Positions 38,001-52,255 are shown, counted from the first letter of the stretch. The stretch: 64,000 bases of DNA from Balanoglossus misakiensis (GCA_040954595.2 CM082596.2:8076468-8140467), one strand, 5' to 3'. The notes: a model not told the origin generated them from the letters alone. Translations and numbers: made by a program.

Positions 38001-40464
38001 AGCTTGTAAAATATTTTACTGCTAATTTGCAGGTAAGAATGCAGTATATGTCACAGCTACTGAGCAGCAGCGAATTGGTAAATTAAAGTGCACTATTTGC
38101 CAGGATCGAATCAATTTACTTGCGCATTAAGAACAACTTCATCCGAAGTTCTGTGATATCTCCCCCTCAGGATATTGTATTGGGTCTCAGAACACATTTC
38201 AAAATACCTAAGTGAGTTTTGATGACGTCAGCTAATAGCCACCAATGTAAATAGGAAGCCCTACTCAGAAAATTTACATATTAACAAGGTCCCAGTTTAC
38301 ATACTATATTACCTAATTCAAATTCAAAACAATGTTCACAAATGGCTTGTTTTTTTCTTGGATTCTCTTACCAAAGAACCGTCACCTCGCCACATTATGC
38401 AAATTTTGATGACACAAAAATAAACCTCTATTTTGGTTACCTTTAATGTAAAAATAAAATTACATACAAGTGAAATTTCCAATTGTCAAAATAATTATGT
38501 AATTTTTGCAGAAAATCGTGTTATTGGTATTTTAGCCGGCATGACATCACTATTCACACTCAAATATCAGCAGGGAAGGTCTTATAGCTACAAGGAGATG
38601 CCAGTTTTCCTCTCCTTCAATTATTGCTCAGTAATATTCCCGTCACATACCACCCGATAATCCACATCTTTTTATGCCTGTCATAAAAGCAAACATTAAA
38701 ATCTACGACAAATATTAAATATTCTCTGTAAGTTTGACAACTGTCGCTTTGAGATGCAAAGAGCAACAGTGCCGGAGTTTGGTTTACAAATTCCCTCCCT
38801 TCCAGGTAATTATCCGAGGTTGAAACTTCTCTCGCGGGAATCGTTGAGCTGAACACATTAACACTCGGCCATGGTTAGGGAATTTTTTTTATTCCTCCTC
38901 CATTCCCAGTTTGTTTCTACCTTCTCTCTGTTTATCTGAGCCCCTCCCCTGCCCTCCCCAATTACCTCTGTTTATCTCTGCCCCTCCTCTGACCCCCCCC
39001 CCCTACTATTAAAACCAGCATCAAAAGGCTTAAACAGATCTCTGTTGACGCCATAAACGTCCCGCTGCACTGTGGGATACACAGAATAAATGGCACGACA
39101 GGGAAAAGTTGTTTCGAGTGAAAAACTGAGATGTATGGGCTGTCAGTGGCATTGACGCAAGACAATATGCAAAGTAACTGCCGGTTAGGGCTGGGGGCTA
39201 TCATCACACACCTCACCGATTATAAACTCCTGTTACAAACATCATAAATATTTCGTCTTTATCAAACGTGCCCGTTTTGAATAAAAAACCTAAAGCAGCC
39301 TTTTGTGCTTTTCAGATATATATATTTTAAATCCCTCAGAAAGACATCCTGATTTTGATTCACAAATCTCTCCGCTTATACTATCAGTGTGGTAATGATT
39401 ATTTACAGGGACAATCTTTTCTGGTCTATTACAGAAATTTTGCTCATCACTTACTTGCTAAAATCTAAACTACCATTATGTCACTTGACGAGTCAATGTT
39501 TCGTTATTCAGTACATTATTTTGAAATCAGACATTGAAATATTTCATTTTTGATACAGGGTCATGTATTTAAGGAGACACAGGACTGGTGTGTACATTTT
39601 CTTTGAAAGACCATAAATACACATTATGTGGTATGTTTAATATTTAGAAAATAAACAGCGTTATAATGTGACAAATGGGTTTATTTTATTTTGACATATT
39701 TGCCTGTCATGTATTTTGTGACCGCAACATTTACATCAGTCTTGCTTTCACAGTTATGAAGACACAACACATCACCATCAGACATAAAACAGAGATATAT
39801 TTGCGGAGCTTTACATAAATACCAGGAACATCTTCTATTTGATGTTTACACAAATGATTAATTAGCTGTGCTGTTCGGGGTCAGAGGTCACAACCTTCAG
39901 CACCTCATTAGTATTCCGCATGCATATTTACAAAACACGGCAACTTGCTGCCGCTTGATTAATATTGCAGAGTCCACACCGCGGTTACAGCAATGATGAA
40001 TATAACTCGCGTTCTGCTCTGTGCTGCTTGTAATTATCACAGTGGAATATCAATCTAATTAAAGCCCCAATAGCTGCCATTTTGTTTTTACAATATTTTC
40101 ATGATTTTACTTTTGACCTTTATAGAATTACCATTTCAAAATTCAGATTTACCATTTCAGAATTACCATTTCAAAATTCAGATTTACCATTTCAGAATTA
40201 CCATTTCAAAATTCAGATTTACCATTTCAAAATACATATTGGGATCTTACTAAGCTAAATATATCTATATATATATATATTAGTTGTGTGAAATAGCAAA
40301 CAGCTGTAACTCTGAATGAGAATTACAAAGTAAATAGAGCATACCTTAGCTTTTTCTAGCTGTACCCTCGCTTGCCTCTCTGTTTCCCTTTTAAGGGCTT
40401 CCCTTTCTTCATCTAGAGAGAGGTCGGAATCAGACGGCCGGCCATAGTTAGAGTCTTCGGATCC
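29016..40464 (-). CDS. CACNB: Voltage-dependent calcium channel beta subunit, core exons (SH3-HOOK-GK plus long C-terminal tail)
   Basis: Exons (minus): 40345-40464 ([22 protein letters not shown]), 37295-37417 ([11 protein letters not shown]), 36764-36900 ([15 protein letters not shown]), 34444-34535 (or 34444-34655), 32967-33079 (KRKPFFKK), 32310-32449 ([34 protein letters not shown]), 31738-31850, 30962-31113 ([29 protein letters not shown]), 30466-30561, 29016-29975 ([27 protein letters not shown]). All are GT-AG with consistent phases, giving 681 aa plus a phase-0 first exon. Confidence 0.97.
30448..30461. promoter_or_regulatory. Perfect RFX X-box palindrome adjacent to a CACNB splice donor
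   Basis: GTTGCCATGGCAAC, which extends to the 16-bp palindrome AGTTGCCATGGCAACT. Confidence 0.5.
31555..31644 (-). mobile_element. Truncated copy of the 6250-6551 MITE
   Basis: Reverse complement of about 6250-6339 with high identity, ending GCGCT|TTAA. Confidence 0.8.
36248..36334. mobile_element. Family A MITE (reverse orientation)
   Basis: CCCTTTCACCCCCAG...GCGGTGAAACAGGG|TTAA. Confidence 0.7.
36975..37057. repeat. CT-rich low-complexity tract
   Basis: (CT)n/(CCCT)n run. Confidence 0.85.
40124..40228. repeat. Tandem repeat, 35-bp unit x3
   Basis: AGAATTACCATTTCAAAATTCAGATTTACCATTTC repeated head-to-tail without spacers. Confidence 0.9.
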
Positions 40465-41971
40465 CTGTGAATAAACAATAAACAGTTGCTTGTTGTTATT
40501 GATGTTGTTGTACAAAGTAAACAAATCAAAACTCCTGACCAGTGCAAGTGAGAGATGTTGAAGGCCAGTAAAAAACATCCGACATTATCATTGGTTGCTC
40601 TTGTATGCAAAATAGCCTTATTTGCATATTGGATGTAAATATGTATCACACAAGCAAATCACAGAATATTGAAACACTTCTAATTATACACACCCACCCA
40701 AACCCACCCCCATTATGCCATGTATTATACATTTCCCAGTATGACATAAAGATGGCTATTGTGAAATTAAGTTTTCATTTTGTGCAACACACACCCATAC
40801 CCTCAAAACACTCAATTGCGTCCACCAGTTCAAAAAGGTTATGAATCTAATCCTTTTTCCGACACCATCCAATACAAGGAACAAAGCCTTCACACAGAAA
40901 GTATAACATTATTTTCCCTTTGCACAAAAAGGGCAAACAAATAAAACCCCACATTCCCCCATGTACAGAAACAGTATTCCCATGTACCACAACATACATG
41001 TCAATTCTATGCAAACGTGTCCAAAATCGGACAGTATCACTTAATGACCAGCACACATCAGACTTATGTGCACACATAAATCACGAGGACTTGCCTGTCA
41101 TAATTTCAATCTATAACCAAAGTCAATTAACTCATCCTACTTCATGTACATTTACTCTTACTCTTCCCAATATATTTGTATTCCAGCACAGTGACACTTG
41201 TCATGATCTGACCACAGTGATCACGCCAGGTATAAGATCGTAATTAGATTTCACAATTTGCACCTTATCAAATGTAGGCTTCACGTGAATTTTTAAACAT
41301 CAAACTGTTTTATTGAGTTGATCTCCACTTTCAATGCATTTTTAAATCATTAACTCTGCAGTACCTCTTTTACAGATTTTATCCCTTTTGACACATAATG
41401 GCCATTACCACAAAATTTCACATATGTTTCCACCAAATACAGATTGGTTGATACACCAGACATTCCTGAGATATACACACACAATTTCAACCCCATGGGA
41501 ACTGCAGAATGACACAACATTTGAATAGTGTACAAACAAACCACTTACTGGCCCTGACCATTTCCAAGCCAGGGTGACAGAGGACGATTCGAGACCTTCA
41601 GGGAAAAAACTCTTGAGGGAAAACTTCACCACTTTGATGTCACAGATATCACATCATTTGCTGCCATGTGAAAATCAGTTTAATTTCTGACCGAATTACA
41701 AATCTTAAAGTACGGGTATAATGTCCACGTCTTTGCTTGGTTAACATAGCATCAAACATGCTCTCCAGTTGTATTTTTAAAAAGTCCATTGTGGACTGAT
41801 ACGATCAAGTCACAAATAATTCATAGGTTGTCTCTTTGAGGGAACAATTATGCATGTTAAGCTGACGGAGTCAGACGCTGACGGCACTTGTGGTGGGTGA
41901 TCAGCGGGAAAAGAAAACGCCTGCCACTTTCGATGTCACGGGTCTTTTCTCGCCAACCACAAGGAACTTAC

Positions 41972-42154
41972 CCTCAACAACCGCCTGAACCGACGGCCGA
42001 GCTGCTTGCGAAGGCCGCGGTAGTGAGCGTGGCTCTTGTCGCCGCTTCGCGAGTGTTTGGTCAGAATACTCATCTTGCCGACAATTCGCAGCAAAGCGAG
42101 ACATCTATCCGAGAAGCCGAGGAGAATGCCATCTCGTAGACCGCCGCCGCTCAT
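41972..42154 (-). CDS. CACNB: Candidate CACNB alternative first exon (polybasic N-terminus, 61 aa)
   Basis: CpG-rich patch. The ORF MSGGGLRDGILLGFSDRCLALLRIVGKMSILTKHSRSGDKSHAHYRGLRKQLGRRFRRLLR ends at a phase-0 donor AGG|GTAAGT compatible with the acceptor at 40464. Confidence 0.7.
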
Positions 42155-45100
42155 GCAGTGGATATAGACGTGAAAAACTGAACAGTCACCAACTGCATAC
42201 ATAACCAACAACTACGTGAGGAGACTTAAACATGAAGTTGGCCTGTCTCTCTAGTTAGCATTAAAACGACATCAAATATTTATTACCCCAAGGCATCTCA
42301 TTTTCAACGTCATTTCCATATTAATCATTACCTTATTCTGTAACACCTGCTTTATGAGGTTTTATTACAATTTCTTAATATTTTTTACTACCCAAAATGT
42401 GGTATACATAATTTGCAAGGTCAAAAGACTGCAAATGTGAGAAAATTTTTCCTTATTTCCTATTATCATTAATTTTCTTCTTAAAGCAGGGCATATTAAT
42501 AATTACATTGTACATATGTAAAATCTACAGAAAATAAAAGTATTTTTAAAAACCTGGTTTAATATTAATTTTAGCTAAGTGTGATTTAAGTCGATTTTGA
42601 TGTCAGATTATTCGCGGGTTTGAACATGAATTTGCTTCGATGGAAGGAAACTGTACATGCTCACTTGAATTGTTTGTATACAAACTGATCACCTTCCATT
42701 TTTGCCTTGGCATCTATATAGTTAATTCATCATGTCTCACTGAAAACAGAAAACATGGAATTGCTCTTTTTGAAATGTAAAGGCAGTTGACAGATGGCAG
42801 TGGTACGAACAGCATCAGTAACGGCCGATTCCAATTTCAATATGTGTATCCAATCGCCTCGATTCAACGCAACCAACCGTAACCCACATTCATCTCAGAA
42901 GACAGGATGTATTTCCGTTCTCTGTTTCCCTACAACCTCAAATTATTGCTTTTTCGCCGTTCTCCTAAATTGCAAGGCCATGAACAGGGACCTTGAACTT
43001 GACTGTTGCTGAACCTCAAAATATTGATGACCTTTTTTTTCGGCACTTGCGTAGTCATATAAACATGCAATCACATGAAAGTGGCCTTGCGTGATCAATA
43101 CCATGAGTGTGTGTCTCGCAAATCGGTTGTGTGCCTTCAAACGTGAATACTGTGTGCGTCTTATGCAGACACGCATCGGGTAAAATATGAACACGCACCC
43201 CACAACCAAAACCCATACTCTTTATGACACGTTGGAAAGAGTCAGTTACCATGGTAATAACAGAATATCCTGAACGAATTTCAATAAAAGACACCCCAGA
43301 CTATAGTTCCATCTTTGTTGACTGACTGACATATCAGCTGATCACCAGTTTATGGGTAACCATGACATATTAAGCTGATCAACAATGAATACAATGCATG
43401 TATTATCAGTTGATTAATTGTTGATGTTCATAAGCTGATCCCACGCCATCAGCAAATCCACGTCATCAAGAAATCCACGCAATCAGTTAATCGACATCAT
43501 TAACTAATCTTCATCACTACCTAAGCCAAATGTGCCAATTTGTAGTCACCCGATACAAACAACAACATTCAACTGAGTGATTCAATTTTGCTATCTTCAC
43601 CGAAGTGGATGCCTCATTATCTATGTCCCTGTTTCATTTCTTGTTTATTCCAAACAGCAACACAAACAAACACAACACTCCCAACTCTACCAAGATTCCC
43701 ATGTCAAACCAGACAGGTCCGGGAGATCTGGTTCTATCAAAAGCACACAAGAGTCTAGATTGATGATAAAGGCACAAAATTCTAGACCAGCAGTTTACAG
43801 TCAACTGTCAGTCATTTTCACTTCCTAAAAGGTTATTATATCTCAACAACCTTGGCCCTGTCTTTCGACATAAAACATCACCTGAAACGCTTGAGTACAT
43901 GCGTGAACAAGACAGTGAGCAGGTCAAGTGAAGGTTGCAGTATTTTGCAAAATGAGTGACAATACCCATTGCTTGCACATTTCACAACCTATTGCAGCAC
44001 TATCACGTTCAGATGATTCAACTCTTAATGCAGACACACAGTTTTGAAACGTGACCGGATCGCTTTCACTGACGCAGTCGTCAGGTTCAAAGGTCAATCT
44101 CAACCTAGCTAGCTGATAGCCATGGGGACCTAAGGTCGTGTCAGTAACTCCTGAGCTTCCCAAAGCATCTTGGGATAGTACATATATCATGATGGACCTT
44201 TAATTTTTTTTGTTTCACTTGAAAACTACGTCCATTTTTACTAATAATTACAAAAGAAGTTCCTCAACCAAATGAAATGTAAAAGCCGCCAGGAAAATGA
44301 TATCTTTTTTAAAAACACAAAACAATATTCATTTCACAATGCTATAATACAGCTTTCTATTATTTGTTTGAAAAAAGCCTGATGGTTAAGCAATGTTAAA
44401 ACCAGCATGTGAAATTCAATAATTATATTGGTTTTAGTGGAAAGGAAAAAAATTTGCACAATTATACTGGTTCATCCAGGTGCGGTGCCCTATTGAATTA
44501 CTCTATGTATGTATCTACCCTCATATTTCCAAGGAAATAGCTATTCTGAGAACAGGCTGTTCCATTCTGTTCTGGGTGGGGGCAGCATATACCATAAGCA
44601 AATACCAAATGTCATGATGATTACAATGTATATTCACCTGATGTCATGGCGATTTAATTCACATCTTCATACTAAATGAACAGTTTGACGTTACTGTTTA
44701 GAAAAATACTTTTTTTTCTTTAAAAATGACATAAAAATTACAAAAAATTCTACAAGCTGACACAATAGGTAAATTTGTCAGCGCACGATCATGAAAGTCC
44801 ACAGAGACTATTTCTAGTATGTCTGTCATCAAGAAAGCAGTCAACCTTTCTGATCATGTTGATTCACGAGTAAATATTTCCGTGGATAAAAATTCACTAC
44901 AGGTGGAGGAAGGGACGCTTAGAGATGGTTGTTAGGTCGCGCGGCAACTGCGTCTCGTCATACGGGTGGCTCCTCTACCCCGGTGCATGCAAAACAACCT
45001 ATTTATAGCTGACTATTTACGTAAATGCACGGCCTATGAGACTGAGACACCAGGGGGCCCGACAACAGGTATTTCTGTCCGCCATTTTCTCCCTCACTGG

Positions 45101-48100
45101 TTCTTTACCAGCGCAAGCACACACACTGGACTTTAAAATGTCTCCCATTTCTTGCCTCAATACGTCAAAACTTCAAGATGATTAATATTTCGCTTTACTT
45201 CTGCCCGAATTTTACTGAAAACCAATTTCTTGTCCTCATTATTCCTGGCAAAGCATTTATTTTCCACAGACGTGTCTTTTCTGTATTGACAAACACTACA
45301 TCTTCAGTTGGCTGCAGATTTTGAAGGTCGCTTTTTGGAATATTTTTGTTATCTCAGTTTTTATTCAAATTAGCAGTAATTATTGTTATTTGGATAAATA
45401 ATAATAAATTCACAAGCAAACAATGCCTCAGATATAATTCTAATCATGAACATAGACCCTGTTGTATATTTTTAAATGGTCATGTCCTGTAAAAGGGATA
45501 CTCAATCTTTTTACATCGTACATGTAGCTCAGTTGTCTGATAAACACAATCCAGTAAGAAAAAGATTTTTCATTCAATTGTGCTTGACCTCAATATTTCT
45601 CCAACGCCCTCTATGGCCAGACTGCAAAGAATCATGTGATCACAAATGGTGGTTATTTACATATTCCTATGGTATTATGTATCTTATTCACATAAATTAC
45701 ATGTATGTTGATTAAAAAGGTTATAATTAAAATCATCAGTTATCCCTGCAGTTTATTCAGTGGATCAACACAGTCTTTTTCGGGCCTTAAAAGTTATTAC
45801 CTGTTTTTCTATTTGTTCACTATAAACATGATCCCCCATCAATGCTAATATTTTGGTTAATTTCCCAACTTTTAATTATTCTACATTCCAATTTGAAAGC
45901 ATACAATAATATTAAAGCACAAAATGTAACCAGTTTTTGCATATATGGTAAAAAAAAATTATGGACTGGGGCCATCAGCAGAAAGCAGTGGATATATTTT
46001 GTTGATATACAAACCACATACAGTTGACTGATGTTTTTTTCCAACAGCCCATCTATAGTGTATTACAATAGTTATTTGCTTGAATAACACAAAGCAGTAC
46101 AAAACACAAAAGATGAAACACACTCTCCTATTGGACAAGGTCATTCCAAGCAAGGACTTAATGATCAATTACACGTCGGCTAGCTTATGATCTGTGATTA
46201 ATAGTAGTTATGCCCGGCAAATTATTGGTTAGAAACATGATACTGGCAGATGGGTATACAAAAAGCAAAGCATGCATGCATGCATCAAAATCGTGAAAGA
46301 TGAGAGATTTATATGAACAATTGTGATATCATTCATAATGATGCATACCAGTTACCGCATACATTTATGTCAATGGGTTTCATTATGTAATGTTAAAAAC
46401 AAATTAATAACTGCATTCAAGCTCCAATGAAATTCAAGTAAGGCCGGTAATCTAAAAGCCCTAACCCTAAACCCACGAAACACAGCACATTGTGTCTGCG
46501 CATGTCAGGAAACTTTAAACTAAACCATGTTAACATGCCAGATGCACAAAAGTTATGAAACTAAATTTTGTGAAGAGAAAGACACTTTGTTGGAAAATGT
46601 AAACACTGAATTAACACACTATTCTAGCTGTCTTAAAACGTTAAATCACAGACAGAGACACCAAAAAGTTCTTCACTTTTAACAAAATGTTAATATCTTG
46701 ACTACAACACACCATTAAGGTGCCCAGTAAAAGTTTCCTGTCATGCATGCATGGAAGTTAGTGTGTCATCGGATCTATCTAGTACAAACAGGCAGCCTGA
46801 GAGAATAACCTAACAACCGGACAAATTAATCCGGTCGGAATTAACAGAACGAAGTTAAACATTTCTATTGATCTGCTTGCTTGCTTTAAAACTCATCCCG
46901 CACTATCCAAATCAATAATCCATTTTCCACGGCTTTGAGATCTCTCTTTTCGAGTCAATATTTCTGTACAACAGCAAATCAAACGGGTGTGTATCAATTA
47001 GTGTAATCACATGACCAGTCAAAGGTTAATCACGCTTCAGTTGACAGCCAGTTTCTCGGCAACATAAACTTCATCTGTACGTAACTGCAAACCCACAACA
47101 TCATGCACCCCTTGGCAAATGAACCAAACCACTTCACAGAAAATCCATGCCTATTCTGATTTGCAGTCTAAGATATAATGCCATTTTAATCTTGCATGAT
47201 AACTTTTCACAAATATTACATTTTTTCATGTGAAAATGGTTTAAATACCTATGTTTTTAACCTGGGAATAAGAGATGCTAACTACCATATTAGTGTTTGT
47301 TTCACTCTGTGTAAGGTTTCGACCAACTACACCGTTCCCATAAAACCTGGAACATTAAGCATCATGTAGCCTGCGGCATCTGTTTTTTGCAATTTTTGAG
47401 CAATCGTCAAAATATTTCTATTTAATATTTCAAGGAATCATTTCATTTGCACTGTATAGGAAAATCACTGCAAATAATGATGTGTATAAAAGTAAAACAT
47501 GAAGGCAGACATTTGTTGGTAAATTTACGCAAATATTCTGCATTTCCAGAAAGAATTGTTGTATCATTAACCATATGAACAATTTTATGATGGCTGTGTG
47601 ACCGTGTAACAGCTTGTTCCCAAATATAAATGTGTGCTGGAGTATATCGATTAAGGGGACAGGAACAAGTATGACGGCTGTGAGGCACGTACACCCCCTG
47701 TAACAATAATACAAATTTATCAAACCTTTCACTAAGTGCTGTTGCAATTATTCATAAAAGCCAGTGGCCTGGACCCTGCAATTCAACGAGTCAGTGAAAC
47801 AGGCATACTGTACTCCCAATGTGTCATTTTGATACGTCGCTCACAGTTAGGGTCTGAAGTAAAATGTTGTACTGGTAAAAATGCAGAAGTTGTCTGTAAA
47901 TCTACTATGTCAACTGGTGCCCTGGTTAGGTGATGGCTGTTGCCATGGCATGCAATGTATCAATGGGACCTGAAGCGCAACATATGTGCTGCTGAAAATG
48001 ATTTTTAACGTGTTATTTCTCGACTAAATGGGATAATTAGTCAAAATGTCATATTGGAACTGTACTGCAGGTAATTTTGCATGCTGTATTTTAAGTTAAC

Positions 48101-48831
48101 ATGAAGTGAACATATATAGCTCTCAGGTAGGTCATTCAAGGCTCACTCAAAACCACAATGCCAAAATATTGCTATAAATATTGACAGCTTCACATCTGAG
48201 TCAATGAAATTGAAATTAACCTTGGAGTTGACACGCCATGTGCATTGTGACTACACAGATGGCTCTAAAATAAGTCACAAGTACATGTAAATAGACCAAG
48301 AGACTGACCATCAAATCGTGGATATAGATGTATGGATTTTTCACTGGATTGACGAACCTCAAAACACAAAACCATATCATGGCATAACTGAATTAAGCAC
48401 AGAATCAAACTTGAACACAAATGCACACCCATACACAGCTGAATTTACATAAGCCCAGCCAAAACAAGGTCTCTATGAGTCCAGTGATTTGACTTCAAGA
48501 TGTCAGAATCCCAGAGTAGCCGGCTGCACGAGACATAACTTTTCAGTTGGACAGCAATTAATTACCTGATTCAGAAGTAAATCATTTTGCAATCGCTTTT
48601 CTAATAACCTCATTCTAGTAACACACAGACACATATCCATTATACCAGTTAGTTTGACAACAAGGTGACAAAACTATCCCACAAATTCTATATCCTCTCT
48701 GCATAATTTCAAATTGAACAGCCTGCCTCCATCTTGCAGACCTTTGCCCTTCTCGGACTAATTAAATCCACTCTGTTCACATGATGGCTGAGTATACAAT
48801 ATGCCTGTTACTATGGCAACTGTGAAACTTA

Positions 48832-48833
<2 letters not shown>

Positions 48834-48866
<33 letters not shown>

Positions 48867-48884
48867 AATCACCATCACCATCAC

Positions 48885-48927
<43 letters not shown>
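48834..48927. repeat. (CAT)n/(CATCAC)n trinucleotide microsatellite
   Basis: Direct reading of the sequence. Confidence 0.95.
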
Positions 48928-48928
<1 letters not shown>

Positions 48929-50793
48929 CACAAAGCCTGAAATGATAAAGTTGGCTGTTGGCACTCTATTCTGAAATCCATTCACCATGACAATTTTGTC
49001 TCGTTCGGACCAGGCCAATCAGGTACATACCTGTACCTGAACTTTACATAACAGAGCAATTAATCCCTAGCAAACACGATAGTACCACAAATAACTACTC
49101 ACATATCTGCCTCTTTCTTATAAATACGCTGCCAACAAGTTAGGTAAGTCCAGTGACTATAGCTATGTCTGACATAGACAGGTACAATAAATTAATATTT
49201 GTGTTGTCGCCCATACAGACAATTCTTATATGGGTTATCCCCTACAGCAGAAGACACAAACCCTTGCTTTCTACACGAATATTCCACAAAATGAATGTTT
49301 TTACAGTATACTGGTAGTAGCATCAAATTTTATTAATAATATTTGAATTGCTATACAGAGTCAATAGTACTGAAGATAAAAAATCTCTTCAATTGCCATG
49401 GTTATCAAGGTTTACATGAGGAGAGAAGCACATCTGGAATAGATCCACAGATCAACTAGGTAAATGGGACTCTTTCTAAACCAGCAAAAAGAACCACAAG
49501 TTGACTGGCACCTGACTCGATCAGACTGACAGACAGGTATTTTGTGTGAAATTATGATCCTAAAGGTGTTGCATTTCCATGTATTATGTCATGAGAAATT
49601 AAGCTATGCTAACAATGCGAGCTTGTCAGTACATCATCTAATTCACACCTATCACTGTTATCTGCCCATGTTACTTTTCAATTTGCATACACAATGACCT
49701 TCATTACAGCGGTGACGCATTGCTTTTTAAGACATAAGCTTCCTGATCCAATCTCTAAATCACCCTTGCAATCCGGACCTGCCCCATCACGTAACACCCA
49801 CTTCTACCTCGCAGTAGAATGAACTGTGCCGTTTCAGCGGGAGCTATCAAGGCACATTACATGTACGCTGAATCATTTGACATGGAGGGGTGACACAGCC
49901 TGTTGCCACGCCAACGTGAATGAATTGGAGACCTTTCTGACAGTTTAAATGAGACTACAGATGCATCAAGTGAACCGCATCACGCAGGAACTATCCCCCA
50001 TCCATACATTTGTTGCCTATAGATCGACCATGACAGCGCAAGGCAAACTGATCCACCAGCCCTCTCCCATACCTCCCACACAGATGATCGGCACAGCTGA
50101 CATGGGCACATTTGATGCATTCGCTTTTTATGAAAATGAACAATGCAAAATTTATCACACCATCTGTTGGGGCTCCTGTAAATGACATTATTGCTTTCAC
50201 CATTACCTTTGTTCACAGTGTATTACCATACACAGAAATACCTGTCAATTGTTCTCAGGCAAAAAGTGACAACAATGCTATAAATTTAACAGGTTGGAAG
50301 CGCCACATGATGTATTTTCACTATTATTGCAGCCTTATCGAGGCATTTCTTTTCTTTTTAGTTCAGACAGGATTGATAGCCAGTTATAGCTGAGTGCCAG
50401 TAAGTGTTCAGGCAATGGACAACTATATGGGTGAAACATGTTGCTCTTCAGGATTAGAGAAAAATTAAATTGTCTTCCTCCGTATATTACGCGTACCATA
50501 TTCCCTCATCGTAGATAGATTGACAAAAATCAAATTAATAACTTCTTGACATTTGCATCTCAATCCCAGACTCGCAACCTAGCACCTTTTTAACATGCAA
50601 GACCTTAGAATATGAAACTAAATAATTCAACAACCTTGCTACTTAAAATGCTTCACATGTAATAACACTATCTATGTCAGAGCTCACTTCATCATGATCA
50701 GACGTCCCAGCCCAACTGACGACTGAAACCTTTTCTCAAACTCCCCGCCACCGGCCGACCGACCAGACTGCCCAAAATCACACCACAGCTCAC

Positions 50794-50904
50794 CTCTTTC
50801 TCCCACTGCAAAAGCCAATCGTCCACCGTGTTCTGTCGGAACACCGGATCCTCCCCGACTATTCCCATTCCTGACGCTCTCCTACTGCTATTACTCCCGT
50901 ACAT
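50794..50904 (-). CDS. CACNB: Candidate CACNB alternative first exon (37 aa)
   Basis: MYGSNSSRRASGMGIVGEDPVFRQNTVDDWLLQWEKE ends at a phase-0 donor GAG|GTGAGC. A GC-rich promoter-like segment with GCATGC palindromes lies immediately upstream (about 50935-51000). Confidence 0.65.
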
Positions 50905-52069
50905 TGAAAAATACACACACTTGATGACAGCAGCCTGCGTTCACTGGGCATGCTCAGTGCGCAGCCGAAGCCACCCTCCCCACTGAGCATGCTCACAACT
51001 TAGCATAGCCAGCGTAACATGGTAATTGCATGCTGAACTCGCTCTTTCCACCCAAGCCCCTATTATCATAATACGACCAAAAGCATGTGCAAAACTGAGC
51101 ACACAGTTGAAATTCATTCTCACCAGCGTTGATTTTTTTTGCAGTGTTCGCCACAAGGACAAAAGACAAATGGAAGTGCAGAGTTTGCTATTTTTGTGAC
51201 AATCAAACGAAAATCTGAGCACCAGACAAACGCAACCGTGAAAAGATTAGCACACGTTGAGCAGGAATCAAAAGTGTATTGAACACAGTTGATATAATGT
51301 GCTCTTGGCTTTTAATGATCTCGCTGACAATGCTGTCAATTGACAGGGCGATGGAATTACAACTACCTACAGCAATCTCTCTACACAGACTGAAGCCGCC
51401 CTGTGATAGACGTCGTAACCGAGTCAGAGATGCCATTTCAGACTGGCACATCATGGCCTCAAGACAGGAAGATATGGAAGTGACATGCTTTTAGCACTTG
51501 ATACAATGAACCCTCTCCGTGGTCTGATCAAAAGAAATTTTGACTGATAATTCACACACAAAATTTTATTTTTCATGTCTGATCGCACAACATAAATATA
51601 AATTAGCCATGGAAACGTTTCATTGACAAATTCTCTGCTTTAGTGTTGTGAACATCCTTTGAAGGATGTCACTCATGTTTTCATGTGTCAGTCTCCTAGC
51701 AACTGGGGATAAATTCATAATCCCTTCTCCACATAATGATTCATTGCAATTTTTTTTTTTCATAATGGAAATAATGTCATCAACGGTTTAATACTAAAAG
51801 TCATTTACTTAGTCACTGACTTTTGAAAAAAAGATGAATCATAATTTGATATTGCCACGATCATTTTACGATCATTGATGTGGCACAAAATTGAATGTCA
51901 AATCAGTCCCACGTGTCTGGTCAAACAATAGAGGGGGATATGACATGGTGGGTGGGGGTGGTACATGTATCTACTACATGCAGCGAGAGATAACGAAAGA
52001 TCAGCCACTCGCCACATGATAATGCCACAGTATAGCACATTCAAATGTTTATGAATTTATTGCTCTTAA

Positions 52070-52255
52070 AGGTATACAGTCACCTCCAATTTACATACAC
52101 CCATATATGGCCGAAATGGCTATCTGAGGGGTCTAAAGACCATATGGTGGCGGTCTTTTTTTTCGCGTGTGCCACCCACTAAAAATCCGTGATTGGCTAG
52201 ATCTCAAGTTTACCATGGTAAATGTAGCTAAATTTCCATTGGTGACAGTATACCT
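52070..52255. mobile_element. TTAA-type MITE (Kolobok-like), family B
   Basis: TTAA|AGGTATACAGTCACC...GGTGACAGTATACCT|TTAT. A homologous copy lies at 63246-63413. Confidence 0.8.

Noticed and set aside
40124-40228. 35-bp repeats as a CRISPR array
   Set aside because: Head-to-tail with no spacers, in an animal intron, and with no cas genes.
45017-45085. MADRNTCCRAPW... as a palmitoylated beta2a-like first exon
   Set aside because: It ends in a stop, and the only donor-like GT (AC|GTAAAT) is phase 2, which is incompatible with the phase-0 acceptor at 40464.
48834-48927. Poly-His coding tract
   Set aside because: Intronic trinucleotide microsatellite with no splice context.
51203-51454. MMCQSEMASLTRLRRLSQGG... 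as another CACNB first exon
   Set aside because: Only a weak possible donor (GCT|GTAGGT) and no homology support; it cannot be supported from sequence alone.
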